This document shows, piece by piece, positions 1 to 10,679 of a stretch of DNA of 64,000 nt. A program made the position numbers and the translations under genes. This DNA comes from Escherichia coli. Lineage in GTDB: Bacteria > Pseudomonadota > Gammaproteobacteria > Enterobacterales > Enterobacteriaceae. The notes beneath the pieces are model-generated. The model saw only the letters and a program-made list of their open reading frames with translations. It made no database searches and was not told the DNA's origin. The stretch lies in assembly GCF_044324785.1 (NCBI RefSeq), contig NZ_CP172127.1. The stretch is one strand, 5' to 3'. The number at the start of each line of letters is the position of its first letter. Within the stretch, counting starts at the first letter, position 1.

Positions 1-1038
1 TGCCCATTTTTGAATTCTATTGTATCGAGAGGGCAATGTGAATTTTTTAACTTGTTTGTAACATTCCTTTTGGAATTCTTGCTGATATTTTATTATGTCG
101 TTGTATGAAAGATTGTTTACCCTGGTCTCTAATAATTCTATTATTGTCGAAGCAATTTCCGCTTTTGCTCTTAAAGAGTTGTCATTAATGGTTAATAATG
201 TTGAAAATAAACCATTGATTTGTTTGTCAAGATATTGTTCATCTTTATGTAATTTTGTGATAGGGTATTCCTTATGTGAAAAAATAGTATCAAATAAATT
301 TGCATCAGTGAAGTTTACATTAAGTAGATCTTCGAAATAAAACCTTGACAAGGTTAGAACGAACCCGGACAGATCCTGTCCTGTCATATTGAAATCAATA
401 AAGTTGGTTCCAGCAAAGACTTTCATCTTGTTTTCATTTTCACTGTTCTCAATATACAACCTTATCATTTTTTGGTACAAGCTTTGAATATCTTTTATAT
501 CAGTTGGTAAATCAGTTCGTTGCCCAGAAAAATTTTTATTTTCGGAAGAAACGGTTTGGACACTGAATCTTACTGGTATTCCCTCTTCTACGAGAATTTT
601 AGTTATGATTGGCTTATTGGGCTTAGGATTAAAGACAACAATGATTTTAGATTCAGAGTTTTTATTCTTTTCGTATCTAATGTTATTAATCTGATTAAGT
701 ATTGATTGTGTCTGTTGCGTAAGTGGTGTCGAACTTATCGTTTCAATGTTATTAATAAGACTTACAAGTTGAGCCACAACTTTTGAGTAGTCTGCATTTG
801 TATATGTGGTGTTCGTGTGGCACGCATTAATTTGTTGGAATTGTTGTTGCGCTAAATCAAATTGTTCAGCGTTATATCCTTCTTCAGACAATGAAAAATT
901 AATGGGTTGCTGTTCTTCCTGATTATCACAAGGCCACATCGGTGTGTCTGGTGTTTTAACATTGTCGGTATCTGTTGTGCGGTTATAAATATCGCCGTGA
1001 TATGTATTTATCATACCTGGGGTAAAGTCAATTGACAT
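1..1038 (-). CDS. Partial CDS (N-terminal ~346 codons; 3' end lies beyond the window start) for an AT-rich protein with pentapeptide-like repeats; possibly the yhiS-position gene
   Basis: Reverse-strand frame is open from ATG at 1038 to position 1 with no stop; AGGA-type RBS precedes the ATG; absent from the ORF track because no stop lies in the window; translation contains [19 protein letters not shown]...[10 protein letters not shown] repeats. Confidence 0.55.
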   Translation of the reverse strand, partial: MSIDFTPGMINTYHGDIYNRTTDTDNVKTPDTPMWPCDNQEEQQPINFSLSEEGYNAEQFDLAQQQFQQINACHTNTTYTNADYSKVVAQLVSLINNIETISSTPLTQQTQSILNQINNIRYEKNKNSESKIIVVFNPKPNKPIITKILVEEGIPVRFSVQTVSSENKNFSGQRTDLPTDIKDIQSLYQKMIRLYIENSENENKMKVFAGTNFIDFNMTGQDLSGFVLTLSRFYFEDLLNVNFTDANLFDTIFSHKEYPITKLHKDEQYLDKQINGLFSTLLTINDNSLRAKAEIASTIIELLETRVNNLSYNDIIKYQQEFQKECYKQVKKFTLPSRYNRIQKWA

Positions 1039-1618
1039 AACATTCCTTATTGTTCATCTATTTCGCTAAATTTTTGTAAATCGGAGAATTAGAGCAGGAA
1101 TGGATTTTCTTCTACGCGGAAATAAACACAATGCGTCATATCTTCCTGATATAATTACCTTTAACTTCCCTTTCATTTCCACCCGGTAATATTTGTGTAT
1201 AAAAAAAGGGCAGTGATAGTATCGTAAAGGAAAACGTTAACAACTATCAAAAAGCGCTCATTTTAAAAAGTTATGATGTTCACCGATAGTGTGTGAAGTG
1301 ATATTTTTGTGATGTTTTAGATGTGTAATAATGAACCAGGTTAAAGTGTATTTAAAAATGTGTTGTATTGGCGACTGAAATCTGCCCTTTAAAAGGGGGG
1401 ATAGCACTGAGACAAAGAGACATTGCTTCTCCGATAAAATGTCAGAGAAGCATGATTGCGTGGTGATTGTCGATTGATGACTTACTGACGGATCCGTCAT
1501 CATTCTCAAAGCATTAGTTCAATCATTTGTGATTTTTAAGGATTATCCTGTCTATGATTTTCTACTTAGAAGGATATGGCACTAACTATGCATCTTATAG
1601 TTTACTGTCGGCATCTAT

Positions 1619-2620
1619 TTAAAATAGCATTTGAGTCAAATAGCCCATCAAGATAGCCATACCTAAGATAACCGTCAGGAATGCAACTATCATCGGTATT
1701 CTGAACATTGATTTAAGTAATATCACTTCCGTCAAACTTGCTCCGGCACTGCCGATGATTAATGCCATTAATGCTCCCAGACCCATTCCTTTTGTCATCA
1801 AAACAGATGCCAGAGGGATAATCGCCTCTGCCCGGATATACAGCGGAATTCCGACAACGGCGCTCAATGGGATGGCGAAGGGATTATCTGCCCCTGCATG
1901 AGCGGCAATCCACTCTGAGGGAATAAAGCCATAAATAAAAGAGCCTATTAATACCCCTAACAAAAGATATGGCAGTACATCTTTAAACTGTTGCAACGCA
2001 TCTTTGGTGGCTAGTTTTATGGGATTAATACTTACCACAGCTTTGGTACTGCAACAGTTTACTACAGGTTTCTCAATGGCTTTAGCCGCTGGACTACAGC
2101 AACTCGCTTTTATCGGCGTATATGTCGTCCCCGGCGAAGTTTTGGCTGGAGCACAACAATTTGCTGATGAGCTTTTACTGGCAATGATATGACGTTCAAA
2201 TCCCAGAGAATCCAGGATAATACTGGCAAGTACGGAGACGCCGGCGGCGATAATCGCGTACAACAAGGTAACTTTCCAGCCAAAGGTCACCCACATTAAC
2301 CCGACGATAATGGGATTAAGTAATGGTGAAACAAATAAAAAAGTGAGAGTCGGACCAAACCCGGCTTTCGCTGATAACAATCCACGTAACATGGGGATTG
2401 TCGAGCAACTACAGAACGGGGTAACGGCTCCCAATAGAGCAGCCAGGAGATAGCCTCTCCCTTTTCTGGCCCCCATCATCTGCTGGATTTTATGGTCTGG
2501 CACCTTTTGTCTTATCAGGCTGACACCGGCACTTATCACTATAAACAGCAAAGAAAGCTCGACGGCGAGAAACACAAACATCTCTGCGGCATCTTGCAGC
2601 ATCGCAAGCCAACTACTCAT
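1619..2620 (-). CDS. arsP: ArsP-like (DUF318/YraQ-type) permease, putative organoarsenical efflux permease
   Basis: Multi-pass hydrophobic protein with an exact TPFCSCSxxP motif (TPFCSCSTIP) and a Cys-rich central loop; start chosen at ATG 2620 (GAGG RBS at correct spacing) rather than the ORF-track start at 2632. Confidence 0.6.
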   Translation of the reverse strand: MSSWLAMLQDAAEMFVFLAVELSLLFIVISAGVSLIRQKVPDHKIQQMMGARKGRGYLLAALLGAVTPFCSCSTIPMLRGLLSAKAGFGPTLTFLFVSPLLNPIIVGLMWVTFGWKVTLLYAIIAAGVSVLASIILDSLGFERHIIASKSSSANCCAPAKTSPGTTYTPIKASCCSPAAKAIEKPVVNCCSTKAVVSINPIKLATKDALQQFKDVLPYLLLGVLIGSFIYGFIPSEWIAAHAGADNPFAIPLSAVVGIPLYIRAEAIIPLASVLMTKGMGLGALMALIIGSAGASLTEVILLKSMFRIPMIVAFLTVILGMAILMGYLTQMLF

Positions 2621-2726
2621 ACGTAACCTCATTGAATAAATCTATATTTCCAGAATAATCGAAATGAAATTCAGATCAAGATATTTCTGGTATTATCGAA
2701 ATATCAACCAGACAAAGGGGTGTCAT

Positions 2727-3023
2727 ATGCAGTTGGAAGAAGTTGCTAAAGCGCTGAAAGAGCTAGGTCACCCGACCCGTTTGTTCATATTCAAACACCT
2801 GGTCAAAGCGGGGGAACAAGGTTTGCCGGTCGGTGAGTTGCAAAAGCAGCTTGGGATACCCGGCTCTACACTCAGTCACCATATTTCAGCACTGGTATCG
2901 GTAGGGCTGGTCAAACAAAACCGTGAGAGTCGAACGCTGATGTGTGTTTCGCAATACGCAATGCTGGAAGCGATAATTGAATTCTTACGCGAGGAGTGCT
3001 GCGTAAATAGCAAAATTGCCTGA
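2727..3023 (+). CDS. ArsR/SmtB-family transcriptional regulator, second copy, divergent from the ArsP-like gene
   Basis: HTH region HPTRLFIFKHL...GELQKQLGIPGSTLSHHISALVSVGLV; cysteines are C-terminal (CVSQY, ECC) and the canonical ELCVCDL site is absent; start at internal ATG 2727 with AAAGGGG RBS. Confidence 0.7.
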   Translation: MQLEEVAKALKELGHPTRLFIFKHLVKAGEQGLPVGELQKQLGIPGSTLSHHISALVSVGLVKQNRESRTLMCVSQYAMLEAIIEFLREECCVNSKIA

Positions 3024-3145
3024 TGCGCTACGCGCTACAGATTTCATGCTATGCACGGTTTTGTACGTCGGATAAGACGCGTTAGCGTCGCATCCGACAT
3101 AAACAAAGCGCACTTTACCAACTATGGGCAGTGGATATCGCCGCT

Positions 3146-3571
3146 TTATTTCAACCGTTTACCCGCCTCATCAACCACTTTCTCGCCATCTTCCTTGGTG
3201 AACGCGCCTTGTTGCGCATTTGGCAGAATTTCCAGCACCACTTCTGAAGGGCGGCACAGGCGAGTTCCCAACGGCGTCACCACAATCGGGCGATTAATCA
3301 GAATCGGGTGCTGAAGCATAAAGTCGATTAACCGATCGTCAGTAAATTTATCTTCTGCAAGGCCCAGTTCCTCATACGGCTCGACGTTTTTACGCAACAG
3401 CGCGCGTACGGTAATCCCCATATCGGCAATGAGTTTGACCAGCTCATCGCGCGTTGGCGGTGTTTCCAGATAATAGATAATGGTCGGTTCTGTACCGCTG
3501 TTGCGGATCATCTCCAGCGTATTACGCGACGTACCGCAGGCCGGGTTGTGATAAATGGTAATGTTGCTCAT
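3146..3571 (-). CDS. arsC: Arsenate reductase (glutaredoxin-dependent)
   Basis: 141 aa, MSNITIYHNPACGTSRNTLEMIR..., recognised as E. coli ArsC. Confidence 0.95.
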   Translation of the reverse strand: MSNITIYHNPACGTSRNTLEMIRNSGTEPTIIYYLETPPTRDELVKLIADMGITVRALLRKNVEPYEELGLAEDKFTDDRLIDFMLQHPILINRPIVVTPLGTRLCRPSEVVLEILPNAQQGAFTKEDGEKVVDEAGKRLK

Positions 3572-3583
3572 ATCAATATCTCA

Positions 3584-4873
3584 TTACAAAGTGAAAGAGA
3601 GACGTAGCGCCAGCGCAGCCAGCGTCACAAAAAGCACCGGCAGGGTCATGATAATCCCTGTACGGAAGTAATATCCCCAGCTGATAGTCATATTCTTCTG
3701 CGAAAGAACGTGCAGCCAGAGTAGCGTAGCCAGGCTACCAATTGGGGTAATTTTCGGTCCCAAATCGCAGCCAATCACGTTGGCATAAACCATCGCTTCT
3801 TTGATAACGCCAGATGCCGTGCTGCCATCAATGGACAACGCGCCAACCAGTACCGTCGGCATATTGTTCATAATAGAAGAGAGGAAGGCAGTGAGGAATC
3901 CGGTGCCGAGCGTCGCGGCCCACAGGCCGTTTTCAGCCAGCACGTTGAGTACGCCAGAAAGATATTCCGTTAGTCCGGCATTGCGCAGGCCATAAACCAC
4001 CAGATACATGCCGAGCGAGAAGATGACAATCTGCCAGGGCGCACCGCGCAGGACTTTACCCGTATTAATTGCATGACCGCGTTTAGCGACGGCAAATAAT
4101 ATCAGCGCGCCCACTGCCGCAATGGCGCTTACCGGAATGCCGAGCGGTTCCAGGACGAAAAATCCCACCAGCAGAAGCAGTAAAACAACCCAGCCAGCTT
4201 TGAACGTAGCAGGATCTTTAATCGCTTCTGCGGGAGATTTCAGCAGCGCCATATCGTAGTTCTGCGGAATATCTTTGCGGAAATAGAGATGCAACATCAC
4301 CAGCGTGGCAACAATTGCGGCGATATCCACCGGCACCATCACCGAGGCATATTCGCGAAAGCCGAGGCCAAAGAAATCTGCGGAAACGATATTCACCAGG
4401 TTGGAGACAATAAGCGGCAGGCTGGCGGTATCGGCAATGAATCCGGCCGCCATCACAAACGCCAGCGTCGTGCCTTTACTGAACCCTAAAGCCAGCAGCA
4501 TGGCGATGACAATCGGTGTCAAAATAAGCGCCGCGCCATCATTGGCAAACAGGGCGGCAACGGCAGCACCGAGCAGGACAATCCAGGTAAACAGCAAGCG
4601 ACCGCGTCCATTGCCCCAGCGTGAGACGTGCAGCGCCGCCCACTCAAAAAAGCCGGACTCATCCAGCAGCAGGCTGATGATAATGACGGCAATAAACGCC
4701 GCCGTCGCGTTCCAGACGATATTCCACACCACAGGAATATCACCCGGATGTACCACGCCCGTAACTAACGCCAGTACTGCGCCGAGTGTTGCACTCCAGC
4801 CGATGCCTAAACCTTTCGGCTGCCAGATAACCAATACGATGGTCAGGACAAAGATAGCGCCTGCCAGTAACAT
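3584..4873 (-). CDS. arsB: Arsenite efflux pump
   Basis: 429 aa from [13 protein letters not shown]...; polytopic membrane protein; GGGAGG RBS before ATG 4873. Confidence 0.95.
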   Translation of the reverse strand: MLLAGAIFVLTIVLVIWQPKGLGIGWSATLGAVLALVTGVVHPGDIPVVWNIVWNATAAFIAVIIISLLLDESGFFEWAALHVSRWGNGRGRLLFTWIVLLGAAVAALFANDGAALILTPIVIAMLLALGFSKGTTLAFVMAAGFIADTASLPLIVSNLVNIVSADFFGLGFREYASVMVPVDIAAIVATLVMLHLYFRKDIPQNYDMALLKSPAEAIKDPATFKAGWVVLLLLLVGFFVLEPLGIPVSAIAAVGALILFAVAKRGHAINTGKVLRGAPWQIVIFSLGMYLVVYGLRNAGLTEYLSGVLNVLAENGLWAATLGTGFLTAFLSSIMNNMPTVLVGALSIDGSTASGVIKEAMVYANVIGCDLGPKITPIGSLATLLWLHVLSQKNMTISWGYYFRTGIIMTLPVLFVTLAALALRLSFTL

Positions 4874-4927
4874 AATGCCTCCCGGAAAAAACACATGTGC
4901 AAATCCATATGTGTTTAGATAAATTTT

Positions 4928-5281
4928 TTAACTGCAAATGTTCTTACTGTCTTCGGAACAATTTTGTCGAGCCAGGTTGCGGACAATCACCTGAACCTTT
5001 TCCTGTTCGCATCGCCAGGCCTGCTCAATAATTTTCGCGGCCCATGATGGAATATGCGGTGATAAGCGGTAATGAACCCACTTACCCTGCTTGCGATCCA
5101 GCAATAGCCCACTTTCACGCAGCAATGCCAGGTGGCGGGATATCTTGGGCTGCGACTGATCGAGGGCAGTACAGAGATCGCAGACGCATAATTCTCCCAG
5201 CTCGCTGAGCAGTAAAACGATGCCCAGACGGGTTTCATCAGCAAGAATTTTGAACAGTTGGATGGGTAACAGAAATGACAT
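4928..5281 (-). CDS. arsR: Arsenical resistance operon repressor
   Basis: 117 aa with the canonical metal-binding motif ELCVCDL. Confidence 0.95.
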   Translation of the reverse strand: MSFLLPIQLFKILADETRLGIVLLLSELGELCVCDLCTALDQSQPKISRHLALLRESGLLLDRKQGKWVHYRLSPHIPSWAAKIIEQAWRCEQEKVQVIVRNLARQNCSEDSKNICS

Positions 5282-5427
5282 ATTGCGCTCCTGATTGTTG
5301 CAGGTAGTGTCTCTCTTCGAAGCGGATAAGTCAAAAACATATATGGTTTAACGAATGTGTATGTGCAGAGGAAGGTAATAGGTGTGAATTTTGAGTTGGC
5401 TATTCATTTGAAAGGAGGTCTGAATCA

Positions 5428-5525
5428 GGACGTAAAAAAACCGACTTTGCGTCGGTTTTTTACTTCCCAGCCCTGAGTTGGTGGCTCTGGCTGGAGTGAG
5501 AGAGCTCTTATCTAACAGCTCAATA
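5428..5525 (-). ncRNA. agrA: agrA/agrB-type antisense sRNA repeat, copy 1 (which copy is agrA and which is agrB is uncertain)
   Basis: ~95 nt unit repeated at 5663-5762; on the minus strand it ends in a hairpin CCGAC-GCAAA-GTCGG followed by a T-run; unit is near-complementary to the dinQ 5' region at 5919-5953. Confidence 0.45.
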
Positions 5526-5662
5526 CTATTAGCCAGTGGCTAACATTGCAAGAATTAGCGATTTCTTCAGCTGGCGAAGGGACAGTTTGCTATACATGTT
5601 GGTGAAAGAGGATTTATATACTTTCATCGGGTCGCTGCCGTACCAAGCCTTGTCCGAATCCG

Positions 5663-5762
5663 GACGTAAAAAAACCGACTTCGCGTCGGTTTTTTACTTT
5701 CCAGCCCTGAGTTGGTGGCTCTGGTTGGAGTGAGAATGCCATCATCTAACGCATCAATGCTA
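5663..5762 (-). ncRNA. agrB: agrA/agrB-type antisense sRNA repeat, copy 2
   Basis: Second copy of the same unit with the same terminator hairpin; position matches the K-12 arsR-gor intergenic dinQ-agrAB locus. Confidence 0.45.
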
Positions 5763-6023
5763 ATACCATACTGAAACTATTGCAAGGACGTGCTGGTTTT
5801 ATAACCTGCATGTACTGTATGATTATCCAGTTAGCTCTGAGGCATTTTCACTCTGGTAATGCGCATAAACGCTTTCAAAGTCCTGGTCAGAAGTACGGGT
5901 GGTGCCGTTAACTGATGCTCTGGCCGGAGTGAGAGAGTTCTTATCTAACAATGAGACATGCGCCGTGACAGGCAGTGGATGAGTAAGCGGATGCATTCTC
6001 ACTCCATCGCATGGAGAAAACGG

Positions 6024-6107
6024 GTGATTGATAAAGCAATCATCGTTCTTGGGGCGTTAATTGCGCTGCTGGAACTGATCCGCTTTCTGCTTCAGCTTCT
6101 GAACTGA
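6024..6107 (+). CDS. dinQ: DinQ type I toxin peptide (27 aa, GTG start)
   Basis: Translation (V)IDKAIIVLGALIALLELIRFLLQLLN matches the DinQ peptide as I recall it; lies between the agr repeats and gor. Confidence 0.7.
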   Translation: MIDKAIIVLGALIALLELIRFLLQLLN

Positions 6108-6124
6108 TAGCGGAAACGTAACTA

Positions 6125-6153
6125 AGGGCAAAGAGCACACCACTCTTTGCCCT
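6125..6153 (+). terminator. Hairpin after dinQ, possible terminator
   Basis: AGGGCAAAGAG / CTCTTTGCCCT stem followed by TTAACATTT; weak U-tract. Confidence 0.35.
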
Positions 6154-6160
6154 TTAACAT

Positions 6161-7513
6161 TTAACGCATGGTCACGAACTCTTCTGCCGCCGTCGGGTGA
6201 ATGGCGACGGTATTGTCGAAGTCTTTTTTGGTTGCGCCCATCTTCAGCGCCACCGCGAAGCCCTGCAACATTTCATCCATACCAAAACCAATGCCGTGAA
6301 TTCCGACAATCTTCTCTTCCGGTCCAACGCATACCAGTTTCATGCGGCACGGCTGGCGGTGAGTGGTGACTGCGGTATACATCGCGGTGAAAGAGGATTT
6401 ATACACTTTCACCTGATCGTCGCCGTACTGCTCGCGCGCCTGCGGTTCCGTTAAACCAACAGTCCCAATCGGCGGATGGCTGAAGACCACGGTCGGAATG
6501 TTGCTGTAATCCAGATGCTCATCCGGCTTGTTATTAAACAGGCGTTCAGAGAGACGGCGACCCGCTGCAACTGCTACCGGTGTCAGTTCCACTGCCCCCG
6601 TGTTATCGCCCACCGCGTAAATACCTTCAACGTTGGTATTTTGATATTTATCGACGACGATATAGCCTTTTTCGTTAGTTTTAACGCCAGCGGCTTCCAG
6701 GTTGATGTTGTCATTGGCAGGCTCGCGACCAATCGCCCAAATCAGGCAATCTACCGTTTCACTGCGACCATCTTCCAGCTCCAGCGTCAGGCTGCCGTCG
6801 GCATTTTTCACCACCGCTTTCGGGATGGCGTTGGTGTGCAGCTGCGGGCCTTCGGCGTTCATCACTTCGACCAGCGTTTCAGAGATCATCGGGTCGAAGC
6901 TGCGCAGCGGCGCATGTTTACGCACAAACAGATGCGTTTTCGCGCCGAGGCCGTTAATCACGCCCGCCAGTTCAACGGCGATGTAACCCGCGCCAACAAC
7001 CGCTACGCGCTCTGGCAGCGCCGGCAGGGCGAAGAATCCATCAGAATCAATACCGTATTCCACGCCCGGAATATCCGGGTGGCTCGGACGACCGCCGGTG
7101 GCGATCAGAATATGATCGGCCGTGATGGTTTCGCCGTTTACCTCCAGCGTTTTGGCATCAACGAAGCGGGCAAAGCCTTTGATTACATCAACGTTATTTT
7201 TACCGAGCACGTTTTCATAGGAAGTATGAATACGGTCGATATAGGCGATACGGCTGGCGATCAACGTTTCCCAGTTGAATTTATTGATAGTGGTATCGAA
7301 ACCATAATCCGGACCGTACATGTGGATCGCTTCACGGATTTGCGCCGCGTGCCACATCACTTTTTTCGGCACGCAGCCGACGTTCACGCAGGTGCCGCCC
7401 AGTTCTTTGGCTTCAATCAGCGCGCATTTCTGACCGTACATAGCCGCGCGGTTGATGGAGGCGATACCGCCGCTGCCGCCGCCGATGGCGATGTAATCAT
7501 AGTGTTTAGTCAT
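6161..7513 (-). CDS. gor: Glutathione reductase
   Basis: 450 aa, [19 protein letters not shown]..., FAD/NAD-binding GxGxxG motifs, redox-active [10 protein letters not shown]. Confidence 0.97.
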   Translation of the reverse strand: MTKHYDYIAIGGGSGGIASINRAAMYGQKCALIEAKELGGTCVNVGCVPKKVMWHAAQIREAIHMYGPDYGFDTTINKFNWETLIASRIAYIDRIHTSYENVLGKNNVDVIKGFARFVDAKTLEVNGETITADHILIATGGRPSHPDIPGVEYGIDSDGFFALPALPERVAVVGAGYIAVELAGVINGLGAKTHLFVRKHAPLRSFDPMISETLVEVMNAEGPQLHTNAIPKAVVKNADGSLTLELEDGRSETVDCLIWAIGREPANDNINLEAAGVKTNEKGYIVVDKYQNTNVEGIYAVGDNTGAVELTPVAVAAGRRLSERLFNNKPDEHLDYSNIPTVVFSHPPIGTVGLTEPQAREQYGDDQVKVYKSSFTAMYTAVTTHRQPCRMKLVCVGPEEKIVGIHGIGFGMDEMLQGFAVALKMGATKKDFDNTVAIHPTAAEEFVTMR

Positions 7514-7584
7514 GACAGAGTGTCCTTATCGTTGATTACCGCGATTGTAGCGCGAGACGTAATAGGTGCCAGCAATGGCTGCAA

Positions 7585-8427
7585 TTACTCCGGCACGATC
7601 CAGCTTACGGTGGCGTGCCCGGTGCCAGCCGGAACCAGTTTGCTGTGCAGCCACGGCAGCACGTTATTCATCTGCTGTTCCAGTTTCCACGGCGGATTAA
7701 TCACAATCATGCCGGAAGCGGTCATGCCACGGCGATCGCTGTCTGGCAGCACCGCCAGTTCAATTTGCAGAATTTTGCGAATGCCAGTCGCTTCCAGGTC
7801 GTGGATCATGCGCTTAATTTGCTGGCGCAACACCACCGGATACCACAGTGCGTAAGTGCCAGTGGCGAAACGTTTATAGCCTTCTGCTATCCCGCTGACC
7901 ACCGCCTGATAGTCGGTTTTCATTTCATACGGCGGGTCGATAAGGATTAAACCACGGCGGGAAACCGGCGGCAGTTTGGCCTTAAGCTGCTGGAAGCCAT
8001 CGGCTTTTTCGACGCGCGCACGGCTGTCTTTCTGAAATTCAGAACGCAGCAACGGGTAATCGCTCGGGTGCAGTTCGGTCAGTTGCAGGCTGTCCTGTTC
8101 ACGCAGTAGCTGACGAGCAATCAACGGTGAACCGGGGTAGTAACGCAACTGACCGCTACGGTTGAAGTGTTTTACCACATTGATGTACGCCTCCAGCTCC
8201 GCAGGCAAATCGTCCTGCTGCCAGATACGGGCGATACCTTCGAGATATTCGCCGGTACGCTCGGCATGTTCGCTGCCTAACTGATAACGCCCGGCCCCTG
8301 CGTGGGTATCGAGATAGAGAAACGGTTTATCTTTCTCTTTCAGCGACTCGATGATCAGGCTCTGAACGGTATGTTTAAGGACGTCGGCGTGGTTGCCAGC
8401 GTGAAAGCTGTGGCGATAACTGAGCAT
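7585..8427 (-). CDS. rlmJ: 23S rRNA m6A2030 methyltransferase
   Basis: 280 aa from MLSYRHSFHAGNHADVLKH; ATG at 8427 preferred over the ORF-track start at 8478. Confidence 0.9.
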   Translation of the reverse strand: MLSYRHSFHAGNHADVLKHTVQSLIIESLKEKDKPFLYLDTHAGAGRYQLGSEHAERTGEYLEGIARIWQQDDLPAELEAYINVVKHFNRSGQLRYYPGSPLIARQLLREQDSLQLTELHPSDYPLLRSEFQKDSRARVEKADGFQQLKAKLPPVSRRGLILIDPPYEMKTDYQAVVSGIAEGYKRFATGTYALWYPVVLRQQIKRMIHDLEATGIRKILQIELAVLPDSDRRGMTASGMIVINPPWKLEQQMNNVLPWLHSKLVPAGTGHATVSWIVPE

Positions 8428-8629
8428 GGGTAAAGGTGTTCCGGTAAGTAAAAATCGGCCCGTATTCGGGGCGCACAAAAGCCTATCAGGACAGTATACC
8501 GAAAAGAGGCCGCCGCCGCGAAAGCGTAACGTTTCTCATTGAAATTCACTACACTTAACCCCATGCTACAAACATTATGTAAAGCGCCTGTTGAGCGCTT
8601 CCTTAACCTCTTTAACCAGGACTGCGCTA

Positions 8630-10672
8630 ATGACGAATCCGTTACTGACTCCCTTTGAATTGCCTCCGTTTTCTAAAATTCTCCCGGAACATGTCGTTCC
8701 AGCCGTGACTAAGGCGCTGAACGACTGCCGCGAAAATGTGGAGCGCGTAGTAGCGCAAGGGGCACCGTACACCTGGGAAAATCTCTGCCAGCCGTTGGCG
8801 GAAGTGGACGATGTGCTGGGGCGTATCTTCTCCCCGGTCAGCCATCTGAACTCGGTGAAAAATAGCCCGGAACTGCGTGAAGCGTACGAACAAACCCTGC
8901 CGCTGCTGTCAGAATACAGCACCTGGGTAGGGCAACATGAAGGGCTGTATAAAGCATATCGCGACCTGCGCGATGGCGATCATTACGCCACGCTGAACAC
9001 GGCGCAGAAGAAAGCGGTTGATAACGCACTGCGCGACTTTGAACTCTCTGGCATCGGTCTGCCGAAAGAGAAACAGCAACGCTACGGCGAGATTGCCACT
9101 CGTCTTTCTGAGCTGGGCAACCAGTACAGCAACAACGTCCTCGATGCGACAATGGGCTGGACCAAACTCGTTACCGACGAAGCGGAGCTGGCGGGGATGC
9201 CAGAAAGCGCGCTGGCTGCGGCAAAAGCCCAGGCTGAAGCGAAAGAGCTGGAAGGTTATTTGCTGACGCTGGATATCCCAAGCTACTTGCCGGTAATGAC
9301 CTACTGCGACAACCAGGCTCTGCGCGAAGAGATGTATCGTGCTTACAGCACCCGCGCCTCCGATCAAGGCCCGAACGCCGGTAAGTGGGACAACAGCAAG
9401 GTGATGGAAGAGATCCTCGCGCTGCGTCACGAACTGGCGCAACTGCTGGGTTTTGAAAACTACGCCTTTAAATCCCTTGCCACTAAAATGGCAGAAAATC
9501 CGCAGCAGGTGCTTGATTTCTTAACCGATCTGGCAAAACGCGCGCGTCCGCAAGGTGAAAAAGAGCTGGCGCAACTGCGTGCCTTCGCTAAAGCCGAATT
9601 TGGCGTGGATGAGTTGCAGCCGTGGGATATCGCGTACTACAGCGAAAAACAAAAACAGCACCTCTACAGCATCAGTGACGAACAACTGCGTCCGTACTTC
9701 CCGGAAAACAAAGCGGTTAACGGCTTGTTTGAAGTGGTGAAACGTATTTACGGCATCACCGCTAAAGAGCGTAAAGATGTTGATGTCTGGCATCCGGATG
9801 TACGTTTCTTCGAGCTGTATGACGAGAACAACGAACTGCGCGGCAGCTTCTACCTCGACCTGTATGCCCGTGAAAACAAGCGCGGCGGGGCGTGGATGGA
9901 TGACTGCGTAGGCCAGATGCGTAAAGCCGACGGTTCGCTGCAAAAACCGGTCGCGTATCTGACCTGTAACTTCAACCGCCCGGTAAATGGTAAACCGGCG
10001 CTGTTCACTCACGACGAAGTGATCACCCTGTTCCACGAGTTCGGTCACGGCCTGCACCATATGCTGACCCGCATCGAAACCGCCGGTGTTTCCGGTATCA
10101 GCGGTGTGCCGTGGGATGCGGTCGAACTGCCGAGTCAGTTTATGGAAAACTGGTGCTGGGAGCCGGAGGCGCTGGCGTTTATCTCTGGTCACTACGAAAC
10201 CGGCGAACCGCTGCCGAAAGAGTTGCTGGATAAAATGCTGGCGGCGAAGAACTACCAGGCGGCGCTGTTTATTCTGCGCCAGCTGGAGTTCGGCCTGTTC
10301 GATTTCCGCCTCCATGCCGAGTTCCGCCCGGATCAGGGGGCGAAAATCCTCGAAACCCTGGCAGAAATCAAGAAACTGGTTGCCGTGGTACCGTCTCCGT
10401 CATGGGGCCGTTTCCCGCACGCTTTCAGCCATATTTTCGCCGGTGGTTATGCGGCAGGTTACTACAGCTACCTGTGGGCCGACGTGCTGGCGGCAGATGC
10501 CTTCTCGCGTTTTGAGGAAGAGGGCATTTTCAATCGTGAAACCGGACAGTCGTTCCTCGACAACATTCTGAGCCGTGGCGGTTCAGAAGAGCCGATGGAT
10601 CTGTTCAAACGCTTCCGTGGTCGTGAACCACAGCTGGATGCGATGCTGGAGCATTACGGCATTAAGGGCTGA
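8630..10672 (+). CDS. prlC: Oligopeptidase A (M3 family zinc metallopeptidase)
   Basis: 680 aa from [17 protein letters not shown]; HEFGH zinc-binding motif present. Confidence 0.95.
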   Translation: MTNPLLTPFELPPFSKILPEHVVPAVTKALNDCRENVERVVAQGAPYTWENLCQPLAEVDDVLGRIFSPVSHLNSVKNSPELREAYEQTLPLLSEYSTWVGQHEGLYKAYRDLRDGDHYATLNTAQKKAVDNALRDFELSGIGLPKEKQQRYGEIATRLSELGNQYSNNVLDATMGWTKLVTDEAELAGMPESALAAAKAQAEAKELEGYLLTLDIPSYLPVMTYCDNQALREEMYRAYSTRASDQGPNAGKWDNSKVMEEILALRHELAQLLGFENYAFKSLATKMAENPQQVLDFLTDLAKRARPQGEKELAQLRAFAKAEFGVDELQPWDIAYYSEKQKQHLYSISDEQLRPYFPENKAVNGLFEVVKRIYGITAKERKDVDVWHPDVRFFELYDENNELRGSFYLDLYARENKRGGAWMDDCVGQMRKADGSLQKPVAYLTCNFNRPVNGKPALFTHDEVITLFHEFGHGLHHMLTRIETAGVSGISGVPWDAVELPSQFMENWCWEPEALAFISGHYETGEPLPKELLDKMLAAKNYQAALFILRQLEFGLFDFRLHAEFRPDQGAKILETLAEIKKLVAVVPSPSWGRFPHAFSHIFAGGYAAGYYSYLWADVLAADAFSRFEEEGIFNRETGQSFLDNILSRGGSEEPMDLFKRFRGREPQLDAMLEHYGIKG

Positions 10673-10679
10673 TCATTCA

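Noticed and set aside
2664-2726. Upstream ATG of the ORF-track call for the second ArsR regulator
   Set aside because: The extra 21 residues (MKFRSRYFWYYRNINQTKGCH) lack an RBS and read as non-coding; the internal ATG at 2727 has a good RBS and gives a typical ArsR length
5536-5733. 65-aa plus-strand ORF in the arsR-gor intergenic region
   Set aside because: Spans the agr repeat units and their terminator hairpins; the region is better explained as sRNA genes
5428-5953. Possible CRISPR array suggested by tandem repeats
   Set aside because: Only two full ~95-nt units plus a partial copy, each with its own terminator hairpin, and no short regularly spaced repeat-spacer structure or cas genes
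6476-7855. 459-aa ORF on the plus strand
   Set aside because: Entirely antisense to gor and rlmJ, which are well supported; typical shadow ORF with no RBS or recognisable domains
9521-10315. 264-aa ORF on the minus strand
   Set aside because: Antisense to prlC; Arg/Gln-rich composition typical of out-of-frame translation
10575-10679. Upstream extension of rsmJ overlapping prlC
   Set aside because: Would overlap the prlC 3' end by ~100 bp; a GTG at 10680 just after the prlC stop gives the expected 250-aa product
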